NCBI GenBank assembly: GCA_045637425.1
Contig: JAZTZL010000010.1
Span: 438-64,437, forward strand
Origin: Rikenellaceae bacterium
GTDB lineage: Bacteria; Bacteroidota; Bacteroidia; Bacteroidales; Rikenellaceae
DNA length: 64,000 nucleotides
Reading direction: 5' to 3'
Numbering within the stretch: the stretch's first letter is position 1; every line of letters starts with the position of its first letter. The translations under genes were made by a program, and so were the position numbers. Positions 37,809 to 51,917 of the stretch are shown in pieces. The notes beneath the pieces were generated by a model. It saw nothing but the letters and a program-made list of their open reading frames with translations. It was not told where the DNA came from and ran no database searches.

Positions 37809-38840
37809 TCAAAAATCATCATTAAGCAGTCGTTCTAGTACTGCAAACGACACAGGTTCAATCACACACTGGCCGATGGTCTTTGGCAGTATCAAATCGA
37901 CCGACTCTCCCGAATGTTTCTTATCGGTCTTCATCACTTCCAACAACTGGTCAGTCCCCACTCCACTTGTTAGCGGCAGAGAATTGCGTCTTACTGCATC
38001 GTGTATTTCATCTCTCACCTGCGGCGCACACAGCCCAAGTTTAACCGAAATGTCCGATGCCATACACAGCCCGATTGCCACGGCCTCACCGTGTCCCACT
38101 CTTGAATCGCACTTCTCGATAGCGTGAGCAAACGTGTGTCCCAGATTCAGCAACTTTCTGGCTCCGGACTCACGCTCATCAGCCTGCACAATCTGACTCT
38201 TGACTGCAACTGCCCGAGAGATAATCTCGTCAAGTTGTTCACCCTCTGGACGCACACCAATCAAATTGCACATCTTCATCAGCATTCTGTCGCCAATCAC
38301 AGCAGCCTTAATCACCTCTGCCATTCCAGCACGAAACTCCCTATCGGGTAAAGTGCGCAGAATATCTGAATCGCACACCACAAACTTCGGCTGACGGAAT
38401 ACGCCCGCCATATTTTTGAATCCACCAACATCTACGCCATTCTTTCCACCAATGGCAGCATCAACCTGTGCCAGCAGAGTTGTAGCCACAAATCCGAAAT
38501 CCACACCTCGCATAAAAATAGATGCCGTAAATCCCGTAATATCTGTAACAACGCCTCCACCAACGCCCAAAAGAAATGTCCCTCTATCGGCACGTTTCTC
38601 TATCAATTGAGCAATTATCTGTTCTACTGCAGCAAAACTTTTCGAACTCTCACCGGGTTCGATTACTATCGTTTCAAAATTATCTACGAGCTGAGGGTGC
38701 AATAGAGCTACGGTTCGATCTGTAATGCAGATGACGCGCTGCCCCGTCGGAATCAACCTCAACACCATCGAGGCACTGACTCCGGTCAATATCCTTGACA
38801 CCGTATTATCAAAACTGTTTATCGTAGAATAATCTCGCAT
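37809..38840 (-). CDS. aroB: 3-dehydroquinate synthase
   Basis: 343 aa. GVGGGVVTDITGF, LLAQVDAAIGGKNGV and LNLGHTFAHAIE. Confidence 0.9.
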   Translation of the reverse strand: MRDYSTINSFDNTVSRILTGVSASMVLRLIPTGQRVICITDRTVALLHPQLVDNFETIVIEPGESSKSFAAVEQIIAQLIEKRADRGTFLLGVGGGVVTDITGFTASIFMRGVDFGFVATTLLAQVDAAIGGKNGVDVGGFKNMAGVFRQPKFVVCDSDILRTLPDREFRAGMAEVIKAAVIGDRMLMKMCNLIGVRPEGEQLDEIISRAVAVKSQIVQADERESGARKLLNLGHTFAHAIEKCDSRVGHGEAVAIGLCMASDISVKLGLCAPQVRDEIHDAVRRNSLPLTSGVGTDQLLEVMKTDKKHSGESVDLILPKTIGQCVIEPVSFAVLERLLNDDF

Positions 38841-38967
38841 AAAACTATCATCTGCAGTTCACATCTGAACAACACTTTGCAGTCCGAGTACTTTGCTCGA
38901 ACACACAACTATATAAGCAGTGTGACATTTCCCCTCTGCCGAGAAAAAATGTCACATATTATGCCAA

Positions 38968-40884
38968 CTATTTGCGACGCTGAGGAGGATTATTGCGTTT
39001 AGCCATCTCCTGTTGCTGACGCATCAGCTCTTCGTATCGTTGCTGCCAAGTATTTTTCTTCTTAGGCTTCTTCGCAGTCTGAGCCTTTTTCATCTGCTCG
39101 TGCAACTTCTTATCATCGATGATATATCTGAAACCTACTGTCTGACCAATTGTAATGACATTAGACAAGAGGTAGTAGTAGCTCAAACCACTCGAGTAGT
39201 TATTGAACCAGAATATCATCATCAACGGCATCATATAGAGCATCATAAATTTCATACCTGCCATCTGAGTAGCCGTAGCGCCGTTCTGCGAGTAGCTGAT
39301 TTTCGATGAAATAAAAATCGAAATACCCATCAACAATGCAAACAAACTGATGTGGTCGCCATAAAACGGAATGCTAAACGGCAGATTCAAAATGCTATCG
39401 AAAGATGAAAGGTCATCAGCCCAGAGGAATGGTTGTTGTCTGAGTTCGATTGACGCAGGGAAAAATCTGAACATTGCAATCAGAATCGGGAACTGAATCA
39501 ACAACGGCAAGCAGCCACCCATCGGACTCGCACCGGCCGAACGATAGAGATCCATCGTAGCCTGTTGCTTTTTCATTGCATCTTCGGGTTTAGGATACTT
39601 TTCGTTGATTTTATCCATTTCCGGTTTCAACACTCGCATCTTAGCCATTGATACATAAGATTTATATGTCAACGGGAAAATACAAATCTTGATAATGAAA
39701 GTCATAATCAGGATTACGATACCGAAATTCGAGATAAAACCACCGAGCCAGTCAAACAACGGGATAATCACCCAACGGTTAATCCAGCCGACAATCCAGC
39801 TACCCATCGGAATCAGTTTTTCGATACCCAAATCATACTCCTTCATCACCGAATATTTGTTCGGGCCGAAGTAGAATTGGAATCCATACTCATTTTGAGC
39901 TGAATTATAAGGCACAGTCAATTGTGCATTGAAATCCTTGATATTACCAGTTTCGGGTTTGAACGTATCAAACTTAACCTGACCATTCTGGAATGAGTTG
40001 TCTGCAACGAAAATTGATGAGAAGAATTGTTGTTTGAAAGCAACCCATTTCATTGCAACATTGACCTGTTCACTGCGGTCTTTGTCAGACATACCCAGTG
40101 ACTCGAACGACTCCTCATCTGGGTACTTGTACGCAAGGGTAGTATAGTTGTTCTCGTTCGTGAAGCCCTTTTCGTTCTGTGGAGCTACGCTCTGCCAAGT
40201 GAATATCATATCGCTTTGAGTGCGAGAGATGATATTCTCCATATTTTCGAATCTCACCGCGTAGTTAATCATATAGTTATCCTTCGGGATAGTATAGAGG
40301 AACTCCACATAAGATGCCGAATCAGCATAGAGTTTGAAAGAGACTTCGGTTCCGTTTTCGTTTTCGACTACGGTCGGAGCCGCTTCAGACAGGTCTGTTG
40401 TGAAGAAGAAATCACCTGTATCAATCTCACGATTAGTAAACAACTTCAAACCAAAGTAAGAATTCTCCGGATAGAACAGCATCAGCGGAGTATTCTTATA
40501 AGTTTTATAATCCTTCAGCTCAACCGAAGCGATTCTACCACCACGATTTGAGAAGGTGTATCGAGCCAAATCATTCTCAACCACATAGAATTTTTCTTCG
40601 CCCTCTGTTGCTGCAGCAAGCATCGAACCCAATGAAAGTTTCATTGCCTCTTCAGCCGAGATTCGTTCAGCTTCGGCAGAGACTCCGCGGATTGAATCCT
40701 GAACTCGCATAGCCTCCTGCTGACGAGCCAACAACTCTGCTTCAGCAGCCTTTTTGACTCTCAAAACCGAATCCTGTTTGGCTTTTGCAGCCATATATTC
40801 TGATTGTTTCTCAGAATTATACCAAGTAAATCCTATGAATATCGCCCCCACAAGCAGAAGGCCCCATATCGTATTTTTATCCAT
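38968..40884 (-). CDS. yidC: Membrane protein insertase YidC
   Basis: 638 aa. N-terminal TM, a large periplasmic domain, and the conserved C-terminal core (KPEMDKINEKY, GGCLPLLIQFPILIAMF). Confidence 0.93.
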   Translation of the reverse strand: MDKNTIWGLLLVGAIFIGFTWYNSEKQSEYMAAKAKQDSVLRVKKAAEAELLARQQEAMRVQDSIRGVSAEAERISAEEAMKLSLGSMLAAATEGEEKFYVVENDLARYTFSNRGGRIASVELKDYKTYKNTPLMLFYPENSYFGLKLFTNREIDTGDFFFTTDLSEAAPTVVENENGTEVSFKLYADSASYVEFLYTIPKDNYMINYAVRFENMENIISRTQSDMIFTWQSVAPQNEKGFTNENNYTTLAYKYPDEESFESLGMSDKDRSEQVNVAMKWVAFKQQFFSSIFVADNSFQNGQVKFDTFKPETGNIKDFNAQLTVPYNSAQNEYGFQFYFGPNKYSVMKEYDLGIEKLIPMGSWIVGWINRWVIIPLFDWLGGFISNFGIVILIMTFIIKICIFPLTYKSYVSMAKMRVLKPEMDKINEKYPKPEDAMKKQQATMDLYRSAGASPMGGCLPLLIQFPILIAMFRFFPASIELRQQPFLWADDLSSFDSILNLPFSIPFYGDHISLFALLMGISIFISSKISYSQNGATATQMAGMKFMMLYMMPLMMIFWFNNYSSGLSYYYLLSNVITIGQTVGFRYIIDDKKLHEQMKKAQTAKKPKKKNTWQQRYEELMRQQQEMAKRNNPPQRRK

Positions 40885-40907
40885 TTATCTTTATTTCTGT
40901 CTGAGTA

Positions 40908-44389
<3,482 letters not shown>

Positions 44390-44498
44390 AACTCAAACGG
44401 ATTAAAGTCAAAATAATTACGAACCATAACAAACCACCTTCCGAATTCATACTAATTCGGGGCAATTCGATTGGTCGCGGTTAGTCTCTATAAACACA

Positions 44499-44506
44499 CA
44501 AAAATA
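44499..44506 (-). promoter_or_regulatory. -7 box TATTTTTG (minus strand) upstream of DUF349 gene
   Basis: The plus strand reads CAAAAATA, about 110 nt upstream of the ATG at 44389. Confidence 0.3.
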
Positions 44507-44598
44507 GGAAAGTTTTTTCAAATGACAAAATCGTTTTTCAAAAAAGAATCCCAATAATTTTATTTCCTCAAACCCAACGACACAATACACTATATATC

Positions 44599-44632
44599 AA
44601 AAACATAGCACTTCGCCAAAGCAAAGTGCTAT
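44599..44632 (-). terminator. Terminator after ridA
   Basis: On the minus strand, stem atagcactt/aagtgctat is followed by gttttt. It lies about 28 nt downstream of the stop. Confidence 0.55.
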
Positions 44633-44659
44633 ATTAATACAAAAACCGAGTTAAAGCTA

Positions 44660-45034
44660 TTATTTCACAGCAATAGTCTCGATTTCAACCTTCACACCCA
44701 GCGGAAGTTTTGCCACTTGGTAGCATACGCGTGCAGGCATATCCTTTTGGTAAGTCTGTGCATATACGCCGTTCATTGCTGCGAAATCGTTCATATCTGC
44801 CAACAACACTGTCGATTTAACAACATCGTCAAAAGTAAAACCAGCTTCTGCCAAAATTGCGCCTGTGTTCTTGAGCGACTGAGCAGTCTGTTCTTCAATG
44901 GTTTCGGGCACTGTGCCTGTTTCTGGATTCACAGGAAGTTGTCCTGATACATACAATGTGTTTCCAGCCAAAATAGCCTGACTGTAAGGACCTACTGCTT
45001 TAGGAGCGTTAGGTGATGCTATAACTTTTTTCAT
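44660..45034 (-). CDS. ridA: RidA/YjgF/L-PSP family enamine/imine deaminase
   Basis: 124 aa. APKAVGPYSQAI...LYVSGQLP...ARVCYQVAKLPLGVKVEIE. Confidence 0.9.
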   Translation of the reverse strand: MKKVIASPNAPKAVGPYSQAILAGNTLYVSGQLPVNPETGTVPETIEEQTAQSLKNTGAILAEAGFTFDDVVKSTVLLADMNDFAAMNGVYAQTYQKDMPARVCYQVAKLPLGVKVEIETIAVK

Positions 45035-45101
45035 ATCTTGATTATGTTTTTGTTTTCGCCGTAAAATTAGAAAAATTTTTCAGTTCAATCAAATTTTTCA
45101 T

Positions 45102-45109
45102 TACCTTTG
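45102..45109 (+). promoter_or_regulatory. -7 box TACCTTTG upstream of plsC-like gene
   Basis: TAnnTTTG match 28 nt upstream of ATG 45137. Its TTG is the spurious start used by the ORF track. Confidence 0.45.
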
Positions 45110-45136
45110 CACACTAAATTAAATTTTCGAATCGAT

Positions 45137-45877
45137 ATGCGCATAATTTTTTCAATACTGTACTACGTTGCTTTACTGATATTTTCATCAATATATTTCC
45201 TTTTTATGTTTGTGGTCTTTCTTTTAACTTTTGCATTCGACCGCAAACGGGTAATAATCCATAGTTTGTCGATTTTGTATGCCTATTCGCTCTTCAGACC
45301 CGTACCATACTGGAAAGGAGAAGTCAAAGGTTTGAACAATTTTGACAAGAAGAGAACTTGCATTGTAGTTGCTAATCACCAATCAATGTTCGACATTCCG
45401 GTACTGTACGTGCTACCAGGAATCTTCAAGTGGGTATCAAAAAAGGAGGTATTCAAGATGCCATTTTTCGGCTGGGCATTGTGGATGAATGGCGACGTAG
45501 CAATTGAACGTGGCGCGGCTCGCAGCACTAAAAAGATGATTGCCGACTGCATCAAGCACCTAAGAAACGGAATCCGAGTAAACATCTTCCCCGAGGGTAC
45601 TCGTTCGAAAACGGGCGTGATTGGAAAATTCAAAGATGGAGCATTCATCATCGCTAAGGAGGCTGGCGTAGACATTCAACCCGTAGTCATCGACGGCACT
45701 CGCTCGGCATTCGAGAAGGGGAAATGGTGGGTAGCAAACAATACCTTCAAGATTCACGTACTGCCCCGCATCGACAGAGAGGTTGTCAAAAATACAGATT
45801 TGGAGCAACTGAAAGATATGTGCCGCAATCAAATCGTTGCCGAGCACAAAACAATGAGACCCGAACTTTACGCTTAA
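45137..45877 (+). CDS. plsC: 1-acyl-sn-glycerol-3-phosphate acyltransferase (lysophospholipid acyltransferase family)
   Basis: N-terminal TM, the HX4D motif ANHQSMFDIP, and FPEGTRS. Confidence 0.85.
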   Translation: MRIIFSILYYVALLIFSSIYFLFMFVVFLLTFAFDRKRVIIHSLSILYAYSLFRPVPYWKGEVKGLNNFDKKRTCIVVANHQSMFDIPVLYVLPGIFKWVSKKEVFKMPFFGWALWMNGDVAIERGAARSTKKMIADCIKHLRNGIRVNIFPEGTRSKTGVIGKFKDGAFIIAKEAGVDIQPVVIDGTRSAFEKGKWWVANNTFKIHVLPRIDREVVKNTDLEQLKDMCRNQIVAEHKTMRPELYA

Positions 45878-45897
45878 AAATATAATTACTGAAACTT

Positions 45898-47799
45898 ATG
45901 TCTGACCTGCTACAACAAAAGATGGTGCAAAACAGCTATGACGACTCAACCGTTGTAACCCTGCCTTGGAATGTACACATTCGTCATCGTCCCGGAATGT
46001 ACATCGGGAAATTGGGCAATGGGACATCGGCTGACGATGGTATATATATGCTCACAAAAGAGGTGATTGACAACTCGGTAGACGAGTTCATCGCCGGCTA
46101 TGGACGTACCATTGAAGTTACCATCGAGGACAAAACCGTAACCGTTCGCGACTTTGGCCGTGGACTGCCGTTGGGCAAGGTTGTGGAATTGGTTTCCGTA
46201 ATGAATACGGGCAGTAAATACGAAACAAACGAAGCAAAAAAGGTATTCAAAAAATCTGGCGGTCTGAATGGTGTCGGCACAAAGGTTGTGAATGCACTAT
46301 CTTCACATTTTGAGGCTACGAGTTATCGCGACGGAAAGAGTTGTTCGGCTACGTTCTCGGCAGGTAATCTGATTGACAAAGTCGAGTCTGAAGGCAATGC
46401 TTTGAGAAACGGGACTCTCATTCGATTCACCCCCGACGAAGAGGTATTCGGTCCATACGAATTCAACTTCGAAATCATCGAACAGATGTTGAGAAACTAC
46501 TCGTATGTGAACGCCGGGCTGACTATCAAATTCAACGGACAGACATTCCTCTCGAAAGATGGTTTGTTAGACTTGTTGAAGGAGAATATGTCTACTGAAC
46601 CTCTGTATGCTCCGATACATCTCAGAGGTGAAGATATTGAACTTGTAATCACCCACTCATCAAGTTATGGCGAACTTTGTTACAGTTTCGCCAATGGTCA
46701 ATACACAGTTCTTGGTGGCACTCACCTCGTAGCATTCCGCGAAGGTTTAACTAAAACCATCAAAGAATTTTATAATAAGGATTTTGACCCGTCTGATATT
46801 CGATCTTCAATTGTAGCGGCAATCAGCCTTAGAGTTGATGAGCCTGTTTTCGAATCGCAGACAAAAACCAAACTCGGCTCAAAAGATATGGGATTGCAGG
46901 GTCCATCAATCAGACAGTTCGTTGGAGATTTCATCAAAAAAGAACTGGATAACTATCTGCACAAACACCCAGATACAGCCGAAATTCTGCTTAAAAAGAT
47001 TCAGGATTCAGAACGCGAACGAAAAGAGATTAGCGGAATACAGAAAAAATCTCGAGAAACGGCAAAAAAGGTAAGTCTGAATAACCGCAAAGTGCGTGAT
47101 TGCAGAATACACTTTAACGACAATAAAAATCCGTTGGCTGAAAAGTCAATGATATTTATCACCGAGGGTGACTCTGCGAGCGGCTCCATCACAAAATCAC
47201 GTGATGCCAACTACCAGGCAGTATTCAGTCTGAGGGGTAAACCTCTGAACTGTTTCGGCTTGACTCGAAAGGTTGTCTACGAAAATACGGAATTCAACCT
47301 ACTGCAGGCTGCACTCAACATCGAAGAGAGTTTGGACAATCTCAGATACAACAAAGTAATCGTGGCAACAGATGCCGACGTAGACGGTATGCACATCAGA
47401 CTGCTGATGCTGACCTTCTTCCTGCAGTTCTTCCCCGAGTTGATTCGTCAGGGACACGTCTACATTCTGCAGACTCCACTGTTCCGAGTGCGCAACAAGA
47501 AAGAAACAAGATATTGCTACACCGACGAAGAACGTCAAATGGCTATTGCTCAGTTGTCAAACCCCGAAATCACACGATTCAAAGGTTTGGGTGAAATTTC
47601 GCCAGATGAATTCAAAAACTTCATCGATGACAATATGCGTCTGGAGCAGGTGAAAATCACAAAAGATGACCCTATTATGGGATTGTTGGAATTCTATATG
47701 GGCAAGAATACAGCCGACCGAAAAGATTTTATCATTGACAATCTCAAAATCGAAACCGATTTGATTGAAGAGTTGCAGGCTGCTAAAAATTCAAAATAA
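45898..47799 (+). CDS. parE: DNA topoisomerase IV subunit B (type IIA topoisomerase ATPase/TOPRIM subunit)
   Basis: 633 aa. GHKL ATPase ([16 protein letters not shown]), and TOPRIM motifs [10 protein letters not shown] and SLRGKPLN. Adjacent to the parC-like gene. Confidence 0.88.
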   Translation: MSDLLQQKMVQNSYDDSTVVTLPWNVHIRHRPGMYIGKLGNGTSADDGIYMLTKEVIDNSVDEFIAGYGRTIEVTIEDKTVTVRDFGRGLPLGKVVELVSVMNTGSKYETNEAKKVFKKSGGLNGVGTKVVNALSSHFEATSYRDGKSCSATFSAGNLIDKVESEGNALRNGTLIRFTPDEEVFGPYEFNFEIIEQMLRNYSYVNAGLTIKFNGQTFLSKDGLLDLLKENMSTEPLYAPIHLRGEDIELVITHSSSYGELCYSFANGQYTVLGGTHLVAFREGLTKTIKEFYNKDFDPSDIRSSIVAAISLRVDEPVFESQTKTKLGSKDMGLQGPSIRQFVGDFIKKELDNYLHKHPDTAEILLKKIQDSERERKEISGIQKKSRETAKKVSLNNRKVRDCRIHFNDNKNPLAEKSMIFITEGDSASGSITKSRDANYQAVFSLRGKPLNCFGLTRKVVYENTEFNLLQAALNIEESLDNLRYNKVIVATDADVDGMHIRLLMLTFFLQFFPELIRQGHVYILQTPLFRVRNKKETRYCYTDEERQMAIAQLSNPEITRFKGLGEISPDEFKNFIDDNMRLEQVKITKDDPIMGLLEFYMGKNTADRKDFIIDNLKIETDLIEELQAAKNSK

Positions 47800-47805
47800 C
47801 GAACT

Positions 47806-50451
47806 ATGAGTAACGAGAGATATATCGAAGATGATGACCTGACTACTGACGTAGAACAGGAGAGTCTGCATAAATTCGACAACCTGACCGGCGAAGGTAG
47901 CAAAACTAAACTTATGGGTATGTTCCGAGAGTGGTTCTTGGACTACGCCTCATACGTTATTCTCGAACGTGCAGTGCCGCAACTCGAAGATGGACTTAAA
48001 CCCGTGCAGCGCAGAATTATGCACTCAATGAAACGCATCGATGACGGACGTTTCAACAAAGTAGCTAACATCATCGGTTCGACTATGCAGTTCCACCCGC
48101 ACGGAGACTCATCTATCGGTGGAGCATTGGTGCAGCTGGGACAGAAGGACTTGCTCGTAGAGTGTCAAGGTAACTGGGGTAATATTCTTACGGGCGACTC
48201 GGCAGCGGCTCCACGTTACATCGAGGCTCGACTCTCCAAATTCGCGCTCGACGTTGTATTCAATCCAAAGACTACGGAGTGGATTTCATCTTACGACGGA
48301 CGTAACGAAGAACCCGTAACGTTGCCTGTGAAATTCCCATTGCTGCTGGCTCAAGGTGGAGAGGGTATTGCTGTAGGTCTGGCTTCGAAGATTCTGCCTC
48401 ACAACTTCAACGAATTGCTCGACGCATCTATAGCATATCTCAAAGGCGAGGAGTTCGAACTCTATCCGGATTTCCCGACTGGCGGGCTGGCAGATTGCTC
48501 GAAGTATAACGACGGCTTAAGAGGTGGTGCAGTTAAGGTGCGCGCTCGAATAGTAAAAGAGGGCAACCGTACACTGAAAATCGTAGAAATACCTTTCGGC
48601 GAAACTACCGAATCTATCATAGAATCAATTATCAAGGCTAACAATAAGGGTAAAATAAAAATTAAGCACGTCGATGACAATACCTCGGCCGGAGCGGAAA
48701 TCGTAATCACACTCACAAATGACGTTTCGCCCGATAAGACCATTGACGCACTATACGCATTCACAAACTGTGAAGTCTCGATATCGCCGAACAGTTGTGT
48801 AATTTACCAGAACAAGCCACTCTTTATGGGTGTGAGCGATATTCTGAAACATAGTGCAGACCAGACTCGCAACCTGCTGAAAAGAGAGCTCGAAATAGAA
48901 CTCGCCGAACTCAATGAGCAATGGCACCTCATCAGCTTGGAAAAGATATTCATCGAGAATCGCATCTACCACAAAATCGAAGAGTGTAAGTCTTGGGAGG
49001 AGGTACTCGAAACAATCGACCGCGAACTCACACCGTTCAAATCGCAGTTGCGCCGAGAGATTACAACTGATGACATTATCCGCTTGACCGAAATCAAAAT
49101 CAAGCGCATTTCGAAATACAACACCTTCAAAGCCGAAGAACAAATCCACGGCATTGATGAACAAATTGTTGCAGTTAAACACAACATCGAATTCATCACC
49201 GAATATACGATAAATTACTTCACGCGCATCAAAGAGAAATATGGCAAGGGACGTAATCGACAGACCGAATTGCGTTCGTTCGATACAATTGAGGCTGCGA
49301 AGGTTGTAGTGGCTAACGCGAAACTATACGTCGATAGAAAAGAGGGATTTTTCGGAACAGGTCCGCAAATGAAAAAAGATGAATTTGTTTGCGACTGCTC
49401 GGACATCGACGACATCATCATATTCACAAAGAGTGGTAAGTATATCATTACCAAAGTTTCAGGAAAGGCATTCTTCGAAAAAGATATCTACTACATAGGA
49501 ATTTTCAAGAAAAACGACGACCGCACAATTTACAATCTACTCTACCGCGACGGCAAAAACGGTTCGATTATGGTTAAGCGTTGTGCAATTAAGGGCATTA
49601 CCCGCGATAAAGTCTACGACATCACAAAGGGCACTCCACACTCGGAAATACTCTATATGAGCGTAAACCACAACGGCGAAGCAGAAATACTCAAAGTGTA
49701 TTTCAAGCCGCGTCCAAGGCTCAAGAAGGTTATTGTAGACCTCGACTTCTCGACATTGGCAATCAAAGGCCGCCAAAGTCAGGGTAACCTCTTCTCGCGT
49801 TACGGAATCCACAAGGTGCAAGTGAAAGAGGCCGGGATATCAACTCTGGGTGGAATGAATATCTGGTTCGACGCAGATATCCGCAGACTCAATACAGATG
49901 GTCGTGGAGAGTTACTGGGCGAATTCAAGGGCAACGACAAAATTCTGGTAGTAACCAAATCGGGAACATACTACACAACCGGCTTCGACGTGGGACAACA
50001 CTTCCCCGAAGATATGATTATTATCAAGCGTCATACACCGGGTGAAATATATTCGGTTACCTACTTCGATGCAGAGCAGGACTACTTCTATGTTAAGCGA
50101 TTCCTCGGCGAGTTGTCAGACAAACCAATGAGTTTCATTGACGAAAATCCAAATTCGTATATGGTCGAATTCAACGACGACCGTTTCCCTCAACTCAAAG
50201 TAGTATACGGAGGCAAATACTCGACACGTCCAACAGAACTCATTGATGTAGAAGAGTTTATTGGAGTTAAGGGTGTCAAAGCAAAAGGCAAACGTGTAAC
50301 TACATACGAAACAACTTCTATTAGATTTGTAGAACCACTCGAAAAGGAAATTCTCGAAGAACTCACTCAGGAGAGTTTTATTCCCGAAGGTGTGGCTGTA
50401 GAAGAAATCGCTGAAGAGGAACACGATATGGTACAACAAGAGTTGTTCTAA
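47806..50451 (+). CDS. parC: DNA topoisomerase IV subunit A
   Basis: 881 aa. LKPVQRRIMH and the active-site Tyr context AAPRYIEARL. No GyrA-box (QRRGGKG) was seen in the C-terminal domain, and the gene is paired with parE. Confidence 0.88.
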   Translation: MSNERYIEDDDLTTDVEQESLHKFDNLTGEGSKTKLMGMFREWFLDYASYVILERAVPQLEDGLKPVQRRIMHSMKRIDDGRFNKVANIIGSTMQFHPHGDSSIGGALVQLGQKDLLVECQGNWGNILTGDSAAAPRYIEARLSKFALDVVFNPKTTEWISSYDGRNEEPVTLPVKFPLLLAQGGEGIAVGLASKILPHNFNELLDASIAYLKGEEFELYPDFPTGGLADCSKYNDGLRGGAVKVRARIVKEGNRTLKIVEIPFGETTESIIESIIKANNKGKIKIKHVDDNTSAGAEIVITLTNDVSPDKTIDALYAFTNCEVSISPNSCVIYQNKPLFMGVSDILKHSADQTRNLLKRELEIELAELNEQWHLISLEKIFIENRIYHKIEECKSWEEVLETIDRELTPFKSQLRREITTDDIIRLTEIKIKRISKYNTFKAEEQIHGIDEQIVAVKHNIEFITEYTINYFTRIKEKYGKGRNRQTELRSFDTIEAAKVVVANAKLYVDRKEGFFGTGPQMKKDEFVCDCSDIDDIIIFTKSGKYIITKVSGKAFFEKDIYYIGIFKKNDDRTIYNLLYRDGKNGSIMVKRCAIKGITRDKVYDITKGTPHSEILYMSVNHNGEAEILKVYFKPRPRLKKVIVDLDFSTLAIKGRQSQGNLFSRYGIHKVQVKEAGISTLGGMNIWFDADIRRLNTDGRGELLGEFKGNDKILVVTKSGTYYTTGFDVGQHFPEDMIIIKRHTPGEIYSVTYFDAEQDYFYVKRFLGELSDKPMSFIDENPNSYMVEFNDDRFPQLKVVYGGKYSTRPTELIDVEEFIGVKGVKAKGKRVTTYETTSIRFVEPLEKEILEELTQESFIPEGVAVEEIAEEEHDMVQQELF

Positions 50452-50454
50452 ACG

Positions 50455-50979
50455 ATGAGGGTCTATCTGGTTGGATTTATGGGGTGCGGTAAGAGCAGTA
50501 TCGGTAAGATGTTGGCTCGCGAGTTGGGATACACCTTTGTTGATATGGACAAACGATTGTCCGAGCGTGAAGGTCGTAGCGTGAACGAAATTTTTGCGCA
50601 CTACGGCGAGAATCATTTCCGCAAATTGGAGGCGGACTTTCTGCGCGAGATAGCCGAAAAAGGCGGAGAAAATCAGATTATCGCCACAGGCGGCGGCGTA
50701 GCCTGCAAAGAGGAAAATCTGGAGGTGATGTTGCAGTCGGGGGTCGTAGTCTATCTCAAGCGTACCAGCCAAGAGTTGTTGCGCCGACTCGTTGCTGGTC
50801 AGCACTCCAGACCGTTGATTCAAAACAAGACTCCCCAACAAATCGCAGAGTTCATCGACACCACCCTAACAATCAGAGAGCCATACTACTCGCGAGCAAA
50901 CATCGTTGTAGACTGCGATCATATCGGCGATTCCGCCGCAATATCCGTTATCCGTATGGCACTAGAGATGGGATATTGA
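50455..50979 (+). CDS. aroK: Shikimate kinase
   Basis: 174 aa. Walker A LVGFMGCGKSSIGK, DMD, and GGGV. Confidence 0.92.
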   Translation: MRVYLVGFMGCGKSSIGKMLARELGYTFVDMDKRLSEREGRSVNEIFAHYGENHFRKLEADFLREIAEKGGENQIIATGGGVACKEENLEVMLQSGVVVYLKRTSQELLRRLVAGQHSRPLIQNKTPQQIAEFIDTTLTIREPYYSRANIVVDCDHIGDSAAISVIRMALEMGY

Positions 50980-51023
50980 ATAATTTTTAAAACTTTTTCC
51001 TTGCCTATAACAAAAATATTCTC

Positions 51024-51031
51024 TACTTTTG
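51024..51031 (+). promoter_or_regulatory. -7 box TACTTTTG upstream of pilus-like locus
   Basis: TAnnTTTG match 47 nt upstream of the ATG at 51078. Confidence 0.4.
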
Positions 51032-51077
51032 TCCCGAGATATTTTGTCTTTGCATTTTTAATAAAAAATAACTAGTT

Positions 51078-51890
51078 ATGAAATTATTTACACACTTGGC
51101 TTTCATCATATTGGCAGCATTCATTACTGCTTGTAGTAGTGATGAAAAGGAATCTGCCGAATTGGTGGAAATGCACTTCCGAGCAGTTATGCCCGATTCA
51201 AACTTATCAAAATCGGTAGGTTCTGGAAATCTTGTAAACGTGTTGTATGTAGAAGCGATTTCAAACACAGGCAAGAAAGTCCGCTATGAATTTCCTGTAA
51301 CATCAGGATATGTTGATGCAAGAATTTCTTTGGCTAAAGGATTGACCTACGATATCATATTTTGGGCTCAACGAAAAGAGAACAACCCCTATGACAATCT
51401 TGATTTAACAGCAATCAAGATGAATTTACCAACAACCACAACCAATGTGTTGGCAATGGAGCAATATGATGCCTTTTATGCAACATTAAGGAATGTACCC
51501 GCAGAAGACAAAGCTGTTACAGATGTTGAACTAACAAGACCACTTGCTCAGGTAAACGTAGCCCACACAAGAGATGATGCAAAAGACGTGAAAATTAATT
51601 TAGGTTCAATTCCTATGGTCTTTAAGCCACTTGAAGCAAAATTAACCAATGAAGAAAATATTGAGATAAATTTTGAACCTTGTAGACAAAAGATCACACT
51701 TGATGGCCTAACGTATAATCATTTAGCGATGATGTACATATTTGCAACACCTACAGACTACAACACAAGTTTCGTGTTAGACATCATAACAAATGATGAT
51801 AGTAAAATTACGATTGATAATAGTTTGAACGTAAAAGCAAATCACAGAACAAACATTATAAATAGTCTCTCTAGTGATGAGTTCAATTAG
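51078..51890 (+). CDS. Lipoprotein, fimbrillin-like (type V pilus FimA/Mfa1-superfamily?)
   Basis: Lipobox AAFITAC. The mid-region YDAFYATLRNV...VELTRPLAQVNV resembles the conserved fimbrillin strand pattern. It lies in a locus with DUF3575 and Mfa2-like genes. Confidence 0.45.
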   Translation: MKLFTHLAFIILAAFITACSSDEKESAELVEMHFRAVMPDSNLSKSVGSGNLVNVLYVEAISNTGKKVRYEFPVTSGYVDARISLAKGLTYDIIFWAQRKENNPYDNLDLTAIKMNLPTTTTNVLAMEQYDAFYATLRNVPAEDKAVTDVELTRPLAQVNVAHTRDDAKDVKINLGSIPMVFKPLEAKLTNEENIEINFEPCRQKITLDGLTYNHLAMMYIFATPTDYNTSFVLDIITNDDSKITIDNSLNVKANHRTNIINSLSSDEFN

Positions 51891-51917
51891 GTATATCACC
51901 CTTTATAAATTAATAAA

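Noticed and set aside
38905-38950. Hairpin gtgacattt...aaatgtcac downstream of yidC as a terminator
   Set aside because: 9-bp stem with a 16-nt loop and no U-tract after it on the minus strand. Too weak to call.
45107-45136. TTG start codon for the plsC-like ORF
   Set aside because: The TTG is the last three bases of a TACCTTTG -7 promoter box. The ATG at 45137 follows at a normal leader distance and starts the TM segment.
50116-50841. 241-aa minus-strand ORF
   Set aside because: Antisense across the parC 3' end and aroK, both of which carry strong family motifs.
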